Part shown: positions 52,001 to 60,600 of the stretch, one piece after another
Layout: every line of letters starts with the position of its first letter
Position numbering within the stretch: position 1 is the stretch's first letter
Assembly (NCBI GenBank): GCA_030141605.1
Contig: JAQGDQ010000026.1
Span: 620,001 to 684,000 of the forward strand
Source: Tubiluchus corallicola
Taxonomy: Eukaryota; Animalia; Priapulida
Direction: 5' to 3'
DNA length: 64,000 nt
Translations under genes and position numbers: made by a program
Notes under the pieces: generated by a model
What the model was told of the DNA's origin: nothing
Database searches by the model: none
The model's input: only the letters and a program-made list of their open reading frames with translations

Positions 52001-54082
52001 AATGATAAAGATATGTACCTTAAGAAAGAACGATAAAAATGTTACGTCTCTCGTACCATCTATCTTTATTGTAAATTTAATTGGATTTTCTAATTGTATA
52101 ACAGGTCATACAAAATCACTTTTGGTTGAAACGAGACGAAATCGTTCATCAGGTAGAAGGTTGGATAGCTGAAATGGAAGGTTTCCTTACTGATAAGCGA
52201 ACTGGCAGGGCTGTACAGCATAACACGCAGGCGCTAAAGGTTTGGTACATCTAAATCATTTAATTACTGTCCAAGGTTTAATCACTGCTGTGTCTTCATT
52301 ATTAATAATACTTGTAATACATAACTTTTAGATTTAAGCATAACCATCTTCAGTTTGCATTTTATTTGCTGGTGAAGAAGCCAACATATCATGTATGAAA
52401 CATAATTTATTATTGATAGTACTGTATTTCTTGGCTTTGATGTATTGTTTTTTGGTTAGGAAAGTGTTTTATACAGACTGGGATCCTGGCCCAGTCTGAG
52501 CCGGTATCAGGTATTTGCGGCTTGCAACTAATATTGAATGGCTATGGTGGTACCGGAACGTAGCTCGTTATCAAAAATAATCTAAGATAAAACTCAGCCC
52601 GACTGAAGTTACTTAACTATGTTCGGTATATGCGCACTCTTCCTCTGTAAGACCATAAGTAATATAATGGAAAAAACTGCCCAGAGTCAATTTTTCAATG
52701 GCCACCTATCCATCTACTAATGAGGTTTGTTGCTACTTAACTATTTTATCATAGCCGTCATACATAATGACCACTCGGTCATATATCATCCAATTTTGTT
52801 CTTTTTTGTGTGTATAAAGAAATATCTGTTTTGGCGAATCATTTTAAACCATATTTCTCTGGTAATTTTGAGCTCTGGGCTCACTGTTGCATGTAAATAA
52901 AATGAGCTTTGTCGAAAAACATTGAATTAAAAAGTTTAACTTTTTTTCTTTTAGCGGCATTTTGCTCAGCTTCAAGAAGAGTTCAACAAAATGAAACCTT
53001 CCAAAGCTCTAGAAAATGTTACTCCTGCACTTACAGGGGTGGAAACTGGTCCATACATTAGCGCCCCAAGTGCCACTGCTGGAAGTACAAGTATAACTTG
53101 TACTAATCCTGCACCAGCTACCACCCAAGATGTTAACATTTCGGGTATGATTCTGTTTCATAAAATTTATTTCATACTCTTGAAATTGTATCACATTATT
53201 TCACTAACAATAAACTGCAACTGGCAAACTGATGAAAACTGTTGAGTGCTGGAAGACCTAGAGATGCTCCCAATAAATTTAAATACTTTGTGTAACTGTT
53301 TTTTTTTTTGCAAACCCATAGAATTTGCAATGAATTAAAAAACTGCACTAATAATCAAAAGATTATAATAAGGGGATAATTAAAATATAATAAAGCAGCA
53401 TTACTGGGTGTTTTGAACATTGGAAAACTTGGATTCGCCTTATGAAGCAGGTGCTGCAATGGGTACCTTACTAAACATAAAAACTAAGAAGGTGTGTTTA
53501 CCAATAATAAGAACTTCAACTTTGTGTCCTTATTTCTAGATTGTAAGGGCACTTCTGCATATGTGTGTTTAATTAAAATAAGTGCTGTAGATTCATTGTG
53601 TCTACAGTACATGAAGTAGTGGATTAAGATTTGTATAGAGCAACCAACTTGCCAGACACCAATTTGGTGCAGGACCTTGATGGCTATGTCTACCATCACC
53701 ATAATGAGTACATTGTTTGACAGTGGCCATTATTTTGAAGATATTTAATATCATTTGTTTTATTGCTCCTTGACATAAACCAATTACTGTGCAAGTTTTG
53801 AAATTCTTTACTGTATCTCAGAACATGTATCTTTATATCTGTATCTTTATAGCCAAAAAATGCAACAGTATAAAGGAAACTGCAGCACTTTAATAAATGT
53901 ACTTTTGTCATTTTTTGTAAGGAGTTGCTTATTTTTTAGATGTTGATGAAACTAAGTTCAGTGAAGATGTGGAGGAGCCAGATCCAGCCAACGATGTTTT
54001 CATTATCGATTTTAGTCCGGATGAAGTGGTGGATATTTATAATGATATAGGCAGTTATGACGATTCTTTTCCAAGTTGTTGA
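188..54082 (+). CDS. BIRC6: Baculoviral IAP repeat-containing protein 6 (BRUCE/Apollon), 5'-partial multi-exon gene, 59 exons in window
   Basis: Spliced exons with AG/GT boundaries (one GC) keep the frame throughout and give hallmark BIRC6 peptides: [122 protein letters not shown]. The first exon (TYATAPAQ) matches the segment just after the BIR domain, so BIR is upstream. Confidence 0.97.
779..874 (+). CDS. BIRC6: BIRC6 exon 2
   Basis: [34 protein letters not shown]40-like strand; AG/GT. Confidence 0.85.
1426..1499 (+). CDS. BIRC6: BIRC6 exon 3
   Basis: [24 protein letters not shown]; AG/GT, phase fits. Confidence 0.7.
2169..2200 (+). CDS. BIRC6: BIRC6 exon 4 (32 nt)
   Basis: ttttgcag|..[10 protein letters not shown]|gtatat; needed to convert phase 2 to phase 1. 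Confidence 0.65.
2522..4096 (+). CDS. BIRC6: BIRC6 exon 5 (1575 nt)
   Basis: Within ORF 2398-4128; ttttcaag acceptor, gtgagt donor; ends GALLLYK...KFISTTCC. Confidence 0.85.
4708..4866 (+). CDS. BIRC6: BIRC6 exon 6
   Basis: [19 protein letters not shown]; AG/GT. Confidence 0.85.
5628..5847 (+). CDS. BIRC6: BIRC6 exon 7
   Basis: [36 protein letters not shown]. Confidence 0.95.
7240..7357 (+). CDS. BIRC6: BIRC6 exon 8
   Basis: [23 protein letters not shown]. Confidence 0.92.
8112..8414 (+). CDS. BIRC6: BIRC6 exon 9
   Basis: [21 protein letters not shown]. Confidence 0.92.
9461..9645 (+). CDS. BIRC6: BIRC6 exon 10
   Basis: [16 protein letters not shown]. Confidence 0.9.
9940..10188 (+). CDS. 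BIRC6: BIRC6 exon 11
   Basis: [18 protein letters not shown]. Confidence 0.9.
10387..10578. repeat. (GA)n microsatellite with G-rich purine flanks
   Basis: Perfect GA run about 10450-10533. Confidence 0.97.
10868..10993 (+). CDS. BIRC6: BIRC6 exon 12
   Basis: [25 protein letters not shown]. Confidence 0.9.
11640..12150 (+). pseudogene. Tigger-like transposase remnant (frameshifted, interrupted)
   Basis: ORFs 11673-11984 and 11975-12211 together cover the HTH and N-x-DETGLF segments. Confidence 0.85.
12151..13018. mobile_element. Non-autonomous element nested in the Tigger
   Basis: Repeated AGAATATACCCC / TATACCC motifs at left, inverted GGGTATATTCTG at right, AT-rich middle; interrupts the transposase. 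Boundaries approximate. Confidence 0.55.
14126..14232 (+). CDS. BIRC6: BIRC6 exon 13
   Basis: [18 protein letters not shown]; AG/GT, phase fits. Confidence 0.85.
14498..14657 (+). CDS. BIRC6: BIRC6 exon 14
   Basis: [16 protein letters not shown]. Confidence 0.9.
15187..15240. repeat. (TG)n(TGCG)n microsatellite
   Basis: Seen directly. Confidence 0.95.
15521..15755 (+). CDS. BIRC6: BIRC6 exon 15
   Basis: [15 protein letters not shown]. Confidence 0.9.
15938..16010. repeat. (ATT)n microsatellite
   Basis: Seen directly. Confidence 0.97.
16682..16918 (+). CDS. BIRC6: BIRC6 exon 16
   Basis: [22 protein letters not shown]. Confidence 0.92.
17297..17626 (+). CDS. BIRC6: BIRC6 exon 17
   Basis: P/Q-rich exon, [15 protein letters not shown]; AG/GT. 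Confidence 0.8.
18442..18597 (+). CDS. BIRC6: BIRC6 exon 18
   Basis: Open phase-0 exon [14 protein letters not shown]; AG/GT. Confidence 0.7.
18972..19062 (+). CDS. BIRC6: BIRC6 exon 19
   Basis: [17 protein letters not shown]. Confidence 0.92.
19474..19668. repeat. Foldback inverted repeat (~85-bp arms, ~25-nt loop)
   Basis: TTTTCATAAACCATTACAGTTTGTTTC mirrored by GAAACAAACTGTAATGGTTTATGAAAA. Confidence 0.85.
19674..20112. mobile_element. Tc1/mariner-type MITE
   Basis: TIR CACTCATATCTCG / CGAGATATGAGTG with TA flanks; second copy near 38935. Confidence 0.8.
20384..20598 (+). CDS. BIRC6: BIRC6 exon 20
   Basis: [31 protein letters not shown]. Confidence 0.95.
20680..22035. mobile_element. 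Putative Helentron-associated (HINE-like) non-autonomous element
   Basis: Subterminal inverted TTCCCTGAGTTT / AAGTCAGGGGAC, internal ~120-bp diverged tandem units (20896-21090), 3' end GCTCTAG. Confidence 0.4.
21280..21811. mobile_element. hAT-like MITE nested in the above
   Basis: CAGAG...CTCTG ends, imperfect 8-bp TSD GCAGTTAC/CCAGCTAC, many internal (T)GCAGA motifs. Confidence 0.5.
22428..22634 (+). CDS. BIRC6: BIRC6 exon 21
   Basis: [18 protein letters not shown]. Confidence 0.93.
23004..23557 (+). CDS. BIRC6: BIRC6 exon 22
   Basis: [23 protein letters not shown]. Confidence 0.95.
24046..24182 (+). CDS. BIRC6: BIRC6 exon 23
   Basis: [12 protein letters not shown]. Confidence 0.9.
24291..24416 (+). 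CDS. BIRC6: BIRC6 exon 24
   Basis: [17 protein letters not shown]. Confidence 0.88.
24452..24600. repeat. Compound (TATG)n plus (AATAC/AATGC)n microsatellite
   Basis: Seen directly. Confidence 0.9.
25041..25327 (+). CDS. BIRC6: BIRC6 exon 25
   Basis: [23 protein letters not shown]. Confidence 0.9.
25741..26173. mobile_element. hAT-Charlie-like MITE
   Basis: CAGTGGTTTCCTAACTT...TTTGGGAAATACTG ends, 8-bp TSD CTCTAAAG/CTCTACAG. Confidence 0.75.
26302..26541 (+). CDS. BIRC6: BIRC6 exon 26
   Basis: [17 protein letters not shown]. Confidence 0.93.
26700..27730 (+). mobile_element. Penelope-like retroelement 3' remnant (GIY-YIG endonuclease)
   Basis: From 26942: [33 protein letters not shown], then [13 protein letters not shown] and [19 protein letters not shown]; stops and frameshifts. 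Boundaries approximate. Confidence 0.8.
27977..28641. mobile_element. Tigger/pogo-type MITE
   Basis: TIR CAGTAAGTCCACGCTTAACGAC / GTCGTTAAGCGAGGTCCTACTG, TA flanks; same TIR family as 11255-13225. Confidence 0.85.
28715..28898 (+). CDS. BIRC6: BIRC6 exon 27
   Basis: [19 protein letters not shown]. Confidence 0.93.
29441..29611 (+). CDS. BIRC6: BIRC6 exon 28
   Basis: S/T-rich exon GERNAPIT..; AG/GT, phase fits. Confidence 0.8.
29810..30340. mobile_element. Decayed copy of the 27977-28641 MITE
   Basis: Colinear similarity (AAATTAAATGTTTTAT, CTTTCTGCTTGCTTGAAA, GCATAAAGTTT..ATCCAGGTG, CTTTGAGCAA). Confidence 0.7.
30485..30896 (+). CDS. BIRC6: BIRC6 exon 29
   Basis: Within ORF 30475-30900; AG/GT. 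Confidence 0.8.
31147..31265 (+). CDS. BIRC6: BIRC6 exon 30
   Basis: [11 protein letters not shown]; required for phase. Confidence 0.85.
31533..31654 (+). CDS. BIRC6: BIRC6 exon 31
   Basis: [25 protein letters not shown]. Confidence 0.85.
31774..32064 (+). CDS. BIRC6: BIRC6 exon 32
   Basis: [22 protein letters not shown]. Confidence 0.9.
32847..33026 (+). CDS. BIRC6: BIRC6 exon 33 (GC donor)
   Basis: VLTLLT..LLLQFLT..ENQ|gcatgt. Confidence 0.8.
33278..33414 (+). CDS. BIRC6: BIRC6 exon 34
   Basis: [16 protein letters not shown]. Confidence 0.9.
33621..34729 (+). CDS. BIRC6: BIRC6 exon 35 (1109 nt)
   Basis: [30 protein letters not shown]. Confidence 0.95.
34790..35292. repeat. ~100-bp inverted repeat pair (Penelope-type termini) with hammerhead-like cores
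   Basis: TGAATGCCCTTGTAGTCT...AAACCTCAT mirrored by ATGAGGTATTTC...AGACTACAAGGGCATTCA. Confidence 0.75.
35200..35240 (+). ncRNA. Minimal type I hammerhead ribozyme-like motif
   Basis: TTTCAG-CTGACGA-AACCT.GGT.AGGTT-GAAA-GCTT-CTG: core boxes, 5-bp stem II, palindromic AAGCTT at stem III, short stem I. Confidence 0.55.
35425..35625 (+). CDS. BIRC6: BIRC6 exon 36
   Basis: [26 protein letters not shown]. Confidence 0.95.
36406..36691 (+). CDS. BIRC6: BIRC6 exon 37
   Basis: [18 protein letters not shown]. Confidence 0.93.
37385..37635 (+). CDS. BIRC6: BIRC6 exon 38
   Basis: [19 protein letters not shown]. Confidence 0.93.
37796..37889 (+). CDS. BIRC6: BIRC6 exon 39
   Basis: [13 protein letters not shown]. 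Confidence 0.88.
38342..38527 (+). CDS. BIRC6: BIRC6 exon 40
   Basis: [17 protein letters not shown]. Confidence 0.9.
38935..39279. mobile_element. Second, decayed copy of the 19674-20112 MITE
   Basis: Shared TATTAGACTCAC.GTAATGTAGAAT, GGGCCGCTCCT and 3' GAGATATGAGTG-TA. Confidence 0.75.
39569..40176 (+). CDS. BIRC6: BIRC6 exon 41
   Basis: [26 protein letters not shown]. Confidence 0.92.
40327..40496 (+). CDS. BIRC6: BIRC6 exon 42
   Basis: [18 protein letters not shown]. Confidence 0.93.
40776..40920 (+). CDS. BIRC6: BIRC6 exon 43
   Basis: [21 protein letters not shown]. Confidence 0.92.
41467..41538. repeat. 36-bp tandem duplication
   Basis: GAGTGCAAGTTCATTAATTTT...ATGTTA twice. Confidence 0.85.
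41565..41795 (+). CDS. BIRC6: BIRC6 exon 44
   Basis: [16 protein letters not shown]. Confidence 0.93.
41827..42787. mobile_element. Tigger/pogo-type MITE (second family)
   Basis: 25-bp TIR CAGTAGGTGCCGCTTAATAGACTCA / TGAGTCTATTAAGCGGCGCCTACTG with TA TSD. Confidence 0.88.
43005..43277 (+). CDS. BIRC6: BIRC6 exon 45
   Basis: [17 protein letters not shown]. Confidence 0.9.
43373..43576 (+). CDS. BIRC6: BIRC6 exon 46
   Basis: [20 protein letters not shown]. Confidence 0.9.
44421..44668 (+). CDS. BIRC6: BIRC6 exon 47
   Basis: [23 protein letters not shown]. Confidence 0.94.
45086..45299 (+). CDS. BIRC6: BIRC6 exon 48
   Basis: [32 protein letters not shown]. Confidence 0.95.
46152..46366 (+). 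CDS. BIRC6: BIRC6 exon 49
   Basis: [20 protein letters not shown]. Confidence 0.94.
46834..47037 (+). CDS. BIRC6: BIRC6 exon 50
   Basis: [30 protein letters not shown]. Confidence 0.95.
47683..47845 (+). CDS. BIRC6: BIRC6 exon 51
   Basis: [23 protein letters not shown]. Confidence 0.95.
48193..48385 (+). CDS. BIRC6: BIRC6 exon 52
   Basis: [22 protein letters not shown]. Confidence 0.95.
48824..49065 (+). CDS. BIRC6: BIRC6 exon 53
   Basis: [23 protein letters not shown]. Confidence 0.92.
49623..49840 (+). CDS. BIRC6: BIRC6 exon 54 (UBC start)
   Basis: [33 protein letters not shown]. Confidence 0.96.
50104..50422. mobile_element. hAT MITE
   Basis: TAGGGATGT/ACATCCCTA TIR, perfect 8-bp TSD GAATAATT, internal GATCCGGATT/GATTCG motifs. 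Confidence 0.85.
50558..50797 (+). CDS. BIRC6: BIRC6 exon 55 (UBC catalytic core)
   Basis: [35 protein letters not shown]; catalytic Cys TGT 50723-50725. Confidence 0.97.
51618..51806 (+). CDS. BIRC6: BIRC6 exon 56
   Basis: [27 protein letters not shown]. Confidence 0.96.
52105..52239 (+). CDS. BIRC6: BIRC6 exon 57
   Basis: [18 protein letters not shown]. Confidence 0.93.
52955..53144 (+). CDS. BIRC6: BIRC6 exon 58
   Basis: [13 protein letters not shown]; AG/GT. Confidence 0.88.
53940..54082 (+). CDS. BIRC6: BIRC6 terminal coding exon 59 (acidic tail, TGA)
   Basis: attttttag acceptor, phase 1 fits, [20 protein letters not shown] followed by a second TGA. Confidence 0.7.
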
Positions 54083-55272
54083 TGATACGACTTGCTAGGC
54101 TATATTTATTTGGTATGCGATTTATTTGTAGTATGATATGTGGCGAAGTGTGACAGTGTTGCCATTAGTGCGTAAAGTTTGACAAGAATATAATTTTAAT
54201 GTGTGCTTTGGTTACATAATCCAGGTTTAGTCTTAATTTCTGAATTCGTCAACAGTGCAAGGTGCTACCGCTAATTTAAATGTACTGATACATTCTGCTT
54301 ACATACATATGTAAAGAAAATATTCTTCTCTGTGATATATTATTATGAAATCACATGATCATTTGACAGAAAATGTTTATTGGTTTTTCTTTTTCGAGTT
54401 TTGCTTAAATTTTTGTTTGCCATTGTATTTCGTTACGTTATAGGTGTCATTTTTTGCCTTATGACTACCTTTCGGTTAGGTTATTTGTTTGCTGTATGCT
54501 TTTCATCAACATGTTTAATAAGATGTTTTTTCAGTGGAAATATGTATGTATGTATGATAAGGAAGTTGAGCATCGGAGATTTTATTGATTTATTGTGTAA
54601 GACCATTGAATTTTGAATAGGAATATTTTTTCTGTGTGTTTTTTAGCTAGGTTGCTTATAAGTTTGAATGAATATTGTCTACACTTCTGAATCAGTCAAT
54701 ATAAGTAATAACTGTATGTTAACGTGTTGTGGAAAACCAAGTTAAAGATCAATACAAAACTATTGTGATGTTAATCTTGTAACATAATCTCTAGTTATTC
54801 ATTGTAACCTGTACAAGCTGAATATACATGGTACTTTGTCGAAATTGCCTATGTATTTGTATAATTGATATAAATGATCGTTTGCCTTTGTTAACAAATG
54901 TGAAATCTTTATTTTGTTTTTGTAATGAGCACAGAAGGCTGTTTCAGCTTCAGTCTTATCTGAAATTCTTGTAAACTTGAACAGTTTTTCTCTTTCTAAA
55001 AAGTATTCAAGTCCTCCATGAGGTCATTGTGGGGTTAAAAATTTACCTTGATATTTCTTACCTTGAACCTTCGACCTTGTGAAACCACAAGCAATGGGTT
55101 TCCAGGTGTCCCATATATCTGTGCCTGTATCTAGCTTAATGATTATAGCTCTACCGTTTTTAATTTCATTATGCGGACACAGATTCACACCTGAGGCTAA
55201 ACCGTGCCTATGTACGTACTACCGTCAGGTGTGGAAAAACCTTACTGAAACAAATTTGTTAATAACTCAAGA

Positions 55273-55278
55273 TTTATT
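55273..55278 (-). promoter_or_regulatory. Candidate stonin polyadenylation signal (AATAAA on -)
   Basis: TTTATT on +, at the end of a ~2-kb stretch that is T-rich on the - strand. Confidence 0.35.
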
Positions 55279-57268
55279 TTAACATAAATTAAAATCGTAC
55301 GTCGACAACAACAATAAAACACTGAGAATGCTACATTTTTATAATACATTCATCACTACTTATAAACCGTACTTGTAACTGATCAAATCATTTTCTATTT
55401 ACATGAGAAAAACAAAACGTAGACAGTCAAATAAATAACTATGTATATTAAAATGTTACACATAAGAGAGTCAAGCTTTAGCAGTCGAGTAGCACTTTCA
55501 CAGTAAATGTGTTGAGATTCTTTCAGAATGAAAATCAAAATTAGTAAAAAATATCAATAAAATGATGGTATTGCACACTAAAAACATTTGCTGCTTGAAA
55601 AGATTTAACTAATAATTGCCTATAGTGTTATTCTCTCGATCTTTACATATAATCATATAATAATCTACAGTGAAATTAAGTACACACGTATGTAAATCAA
55701 ATACTGCAACAATCCTTTCAACAAGATAATACAGTCATTAATGCACGCTGGTGGTAATTTAAGTCTACATATGCATCAGAAAAATTGTTATAAGCTATGT
55801 TCACAACATTTATACATATCCTTCCCTAATGCACACGCATGCGAATATACAATACACATATACTATCAATCACCACAATATACCTTATTGCTTTACTTAG
55901 ATAATATTACTGTTATAAGCCAATGAAATGGAGAAGTACAGACAATAATTTTCACTATACACAAAATGCATTCTAACATTGTCATTTGGCCTCGATAGCT
56001 GACAATTAGACGACATGACTGGCGGCTAACTGCCAAAGACAGCACAAAAGAGATACTTCAGCAGGCAATATTTCACATTAACTTTAATCTCTCACAAGAA
56101 TTTTGCACAATTAAAAGCTAGCAAGTAGCTGCATTAAAATTCAATACTCTAATGCAGCTTTGAAATGAAGAATGTTAAATATTCCACTCTGCACAAGTTC
56201 ATATATACAGTATACAGCCAATAAAATCTTTAAAATCACAGAACTAAATTGAGACATAACCTAAAGTCATAGTATAGTCAAAGTCATAACCTGTCGTAGT
56301 AACTCGATATTCTACTTGACAATGACATTGTCCGTAATCGACCTTTCATGTTTCACAGCAAGCTGCTCAGATAAAGCTCATGTAATTAAGTACTAATTTA
56401 AGAAAGTCAAAAGAGCTAATGGTACAGGGTAACAATAATACTAGTATAAAAATCCAAAGTATATCACACTTACTAGCAACTACTTTTCATCAACTACTAT
56501 CACACACAGTTGCACCTAGCATCTGTTCTTTTGAACAAGTAAGTTCTTTAGGATTAGCAAAATTGCTTTACAGCATTTACGGAATAATTTAAAAAATTTA
56601 ATGTGAAATACAATACGTTTTAATGATTTTGTATTCTAAATGATGACGCGTTGCAGTACTCAATGATAATTATCAAATACAGTGGTTACATTTTGCAGGC
56701 TACCGGTAAGCAGTACAGCAATACCTGACTAGAAACACCGCAAGCTTTATCATTAGTGTAAATGCCTCCTTGGAAATTTACAAATGTTATAAATTACGCA
56801 AGGAAAACTACCCTTCCATGCAACACATTAACTTTGCAAATAGAAATATCATTGATGATTTAAAATAAAATGATACACAGCAGAATTTAAGTTTGCGAAA
56901 AGAGCAAACTATCACTCACGATTTGCACTTGAAATAAGATTGCCCTTGCAATAAATATGGTAATTATTAACAGTGGCAAACAAACCAAGGAATGGATCTA
57001 CTACAAGTTAATAAAAAAATTCAACTATTTACAAATCTATCGGCTAAGACAAACATTCCAAAGCACTTGTCTAACAAATCAATCAATAATTTTTCTGACG
57101 GACACACAAAGGTAAAAAACTACAATTAGTAATCTCTGAGTATACCCAGCAACCTAAGATCAAGGCAACATTTAACTTCTACATTGCAAACCTTGCAGAA
57201 CTGCAAATATAAATGACTTTTTGGCTACATTCTACCAGTAATATCTGGCATATAAATTTCTGGCTGTT

Positions 57269-57612
57269 TCAAGATGAAGAATCCCCGTCACTGCTGCTGT
57301 TGTCTCCCTCGTGTCCTGCTTCTGGCTCTTCTGTTTCCTTACTAGTGATGATGGGCTGACTAGGATCTGGTATTTCCACTCCAGTGTCTAAGTCTTGCTC
57401 AATGTCAATTGTCATCTCGTACCTGGCAATCTGGCGTAGAAATTTCTCTGGCGGTTCCTGACTGGCAACAGACACTGACCGCACTGTTGTGTGAGAGACA
57501 GTTGTTGCAGGCATTGTAAATTCTGCATATGCTATGGTGGGATATGATTCGGGTGGATTGTCATATTCCTGTGTCTCTAACCGGCATACCATCAGCTGAG
57601 TAGCATATGCAG
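57269..57612 (-). CDS. stnB: Stonin terminal exon
   Basis: AYATQLMVCRL..EFTMPATTVSHTTVRSVSV..PPEKF..ARYEM; TGA. Confidence 0.92.
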
Positions 57613-60600
57613 CTGAAAATAAAACAAGAATTTTCACCATTATATGCACTTTTTGAGTCATCAGCCAAGCGAAGAAAAGATCATTTTGTCTTTAGTAAGA
57701 TTAATGCACAAATTCAACAACGCTGATATGCCCATGAAACTGTCAGCCATGTGAAAAAAACAGATGTAAAACAAGAATAGGATGACAGAAAGTGCACCAA
57801 AAAGTAAAGAATTTGTTACCACAAGCTAATTTTGTGGTGAGAAATATGAAGCAATACAAAATACACTAGTTAAAACCAGTAAAAATACAATAATCATTTT
57901 TTGTACTTACAGTGATGTTTTTCTGGAAGTCGAGAAATTCTCCAGACCAATGATCTAAACAAACGCTCATATTTGGCTATTCCAACTGACGCTTCAATGA
58001 GCTGTGGCAGAAGTGTCTGTGCAGCACCCAACACACGCTCGAGCCCTTTAATCTTTCCTGGTTTACGATGAGCTGAATGCTTGGACCCGTAACGAAATCT
58101 CTTCTCCACACGGAATAAGTATATCCATTCTTCAGGAATGGGAATGCGAATCTGTATGTCTTCACAAGGTACCTGTCCGTGCTTGCGACTACAGTATCCG
58201 GGCACCATCACTTCGCAGCGAATTTCAACCTTTTGACCTTTCATCCGCCAAATGATTTTTGGCTGTAATGGCATTTCCCTGTTCTTAGGAGGTCGAACAC
58301 GAAAGCGCAAGATTTCAAACTGGCATCCATCAAGAGGTTTATACTTAATGACCTTGGTTTTTTCAAATTCTTCTTTGTCAACCACCGAGTGAAACTCACA
58401 TTCCTCTAATCTTATCCACTCCTCCGTTTTAACAGGGATGATGTCTTTACGTCCCACAATTTCTTTTCCTTCTCTTCGTTTGTCGTTGACGCCTACTTCA
58501 ATTTCGGGCATTCCACTAAGAAAAGCCAAGCAAAATAACCTAACCCTGGCATTATGAGCCGATGGGACAACATTTGTATCTACATGGCATTTAAGCTCAT
58601 CGATCACAGTCATAGTTATCTCATCTTGTTTGTATGTTAGAGAACGCTCTCTCTGAGCAGATAAGTGAAAGAGGGCGTCCTCTATCACCATTACAAAACT
58701 CCGAATATCATCGTAGTTGAGCGTTCCTAGTTTCATCAAGGCAGAAGTTTGTGGAGCATGCTCTAAAGGCAATGCATGTTTTGGCCTGATCATTTCCGTT
58801 ATTGCTTGAATGCCACTTTGTATAGTTCCGTGAATGCCATGAATTCCCACTCGTTCTTTATAAAATACATATTGAAGTTTAACAGTATGCACCTTGGTGA
58901 ATTCGTCATACTGTTGCAGGCCTAAAGGAGAAAGAGAGTAACAGGCCTGTAAGGGCAACTCTTGAAATGGATGATGATCCTCGGCTTTATTGAATAACTG
59001 CAGGATATTTTGCCTAACCACACGAACATACACCTTCTGCCAGAATCTTTGCCCAGTCATCTTTTTTTTGTTGGGTTGTCTTAACATCATTTCCCAGCCA
59101 TCACCTGTCCAAGGTTCTTGGAATACAGGAAGCGGTTCAGATGTATCCTCTTCATACAAAGGTGACTCAATGCTGTCTTGGTCGCTTGTTTTGGTCTTAG
59201 GCCGTTTGGCTGGCACTACAGTTTCAGCTCCCATAAAAATGTCTTTTGTAGCTTCATCACCAGATGAAAATGCATCAAAGTCAAATTTATCGGTCATTGC
59301 ATTGCTAAAAAATACATCATTTCCAGCATTTCCATCACTTTGCTCTACAGGAGCAGAAAAAGGATCATTTGCAATTGGCTGACTAGGGTAGCTGCTATCC
59401 GCTACAAATGGATCGTTACTAGACTCCAACTTTTTTGTGCTAGTATCTCTTATTGCAGAAGGAACAATAAATGGGTCGTTTTCATCTAAAGGTGCTGATG
59501 TACCATCAGCTGCCGAATGAAAAAGGTCATCACTAAACATAGATGGTTTATTAGTATCTACTGGTTCTTGCTCTAAGTCAGCAAATAAGTTGTCAACCTT
59601 CTGCATGACAGATGTAGATCCTATAGTTTTAGAGGGAGTTGTGAAACTTGGTTCTGAAGCAGTGATGGTTTCTAGTGGTTTTTCTCCAAACAGATCTGAA
59701 CCAAAATCTACCTCTGGTCCTATACTTTGGCCTGCTGATGATTTTGCGGCTTTAAATCCTAACCCAAATGGATCATCATCGTCATCGTGTAGATCTGCTC
59801 CATTTCCAAGTGGCTCATATTCACCTGGATGTAAGCCATCTACATCAGAAACAGCTGACTCAGCATCACTTAAATCACGTTGAACATCTAGAGTTGCTTT
59901 TTCTGCACTAAGAGCAGAAGCAGCGGGAAATGAGGTTCTGAATGGATCTAATGCTGAAGCTACTTCACTGCTAGGAACACCACCAAAAATATCTTTGAAG
60001 CCAGATTTTCCTATAGTTTTGGATTCAGTGACAAAGCCATTTAAAGCACTTTCTGTCGTACTAAAAGCTGAATGGTCACCAGATTCAAACATCTTAAGAT
60101 CATTAATTATCGCATCAGAAGTTGTTGTTGGTTTTTCTACTTCATTTATTTCATGCTGAGGTGAAGGTGGAGGGGGCTTAGGTGGTGCATCTGTACCTAA
60201 ATCAAACAGATCGGTTTCCACATCTGGGGTTTTAACACTGGTGGAATGCGTGACTGTTACAGAAACATCAGAACTACCAAAGCCAAAATCCAGAAAGTCA
60301 TCAATGCTGATGGGTCCTTGTGTAATGTCATCTGACTTTGTGAATATGGATTTAATAGGAGGTGGTCTTGACATGTCTGCAGGAATATCAGTAGCAGGTG
60401 GTGGTTTAGCAGGGGAGGATGCAGGAGGTGGCGGTTTTGGAGGTGGTGTTGATGTGACTGGTCCCCAAGTCAATTTTTCTAAATCAGCTAGCTGTTCTTG
60501 TGTGGATCGACGTCTTGGTGGGGGTGGTCTAGTTGGTTTCTTTGACGAAGGTGGGAGATTAGGCTTGGCAGGGGGCTCCATTTCCGCATAAGCAGTTTGC

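Noticed and set aside
54080-54085. TGA TGA as selenocysteine or readthrough
   Set aside because: A tandem stop argues for termination, and I recognised no SECIS-like structure.
58990-60591. Plus-strand ORFs of 97-130 aa
   Set aside because: Antisense shadows of the stonin exon with no recognisable motifs.
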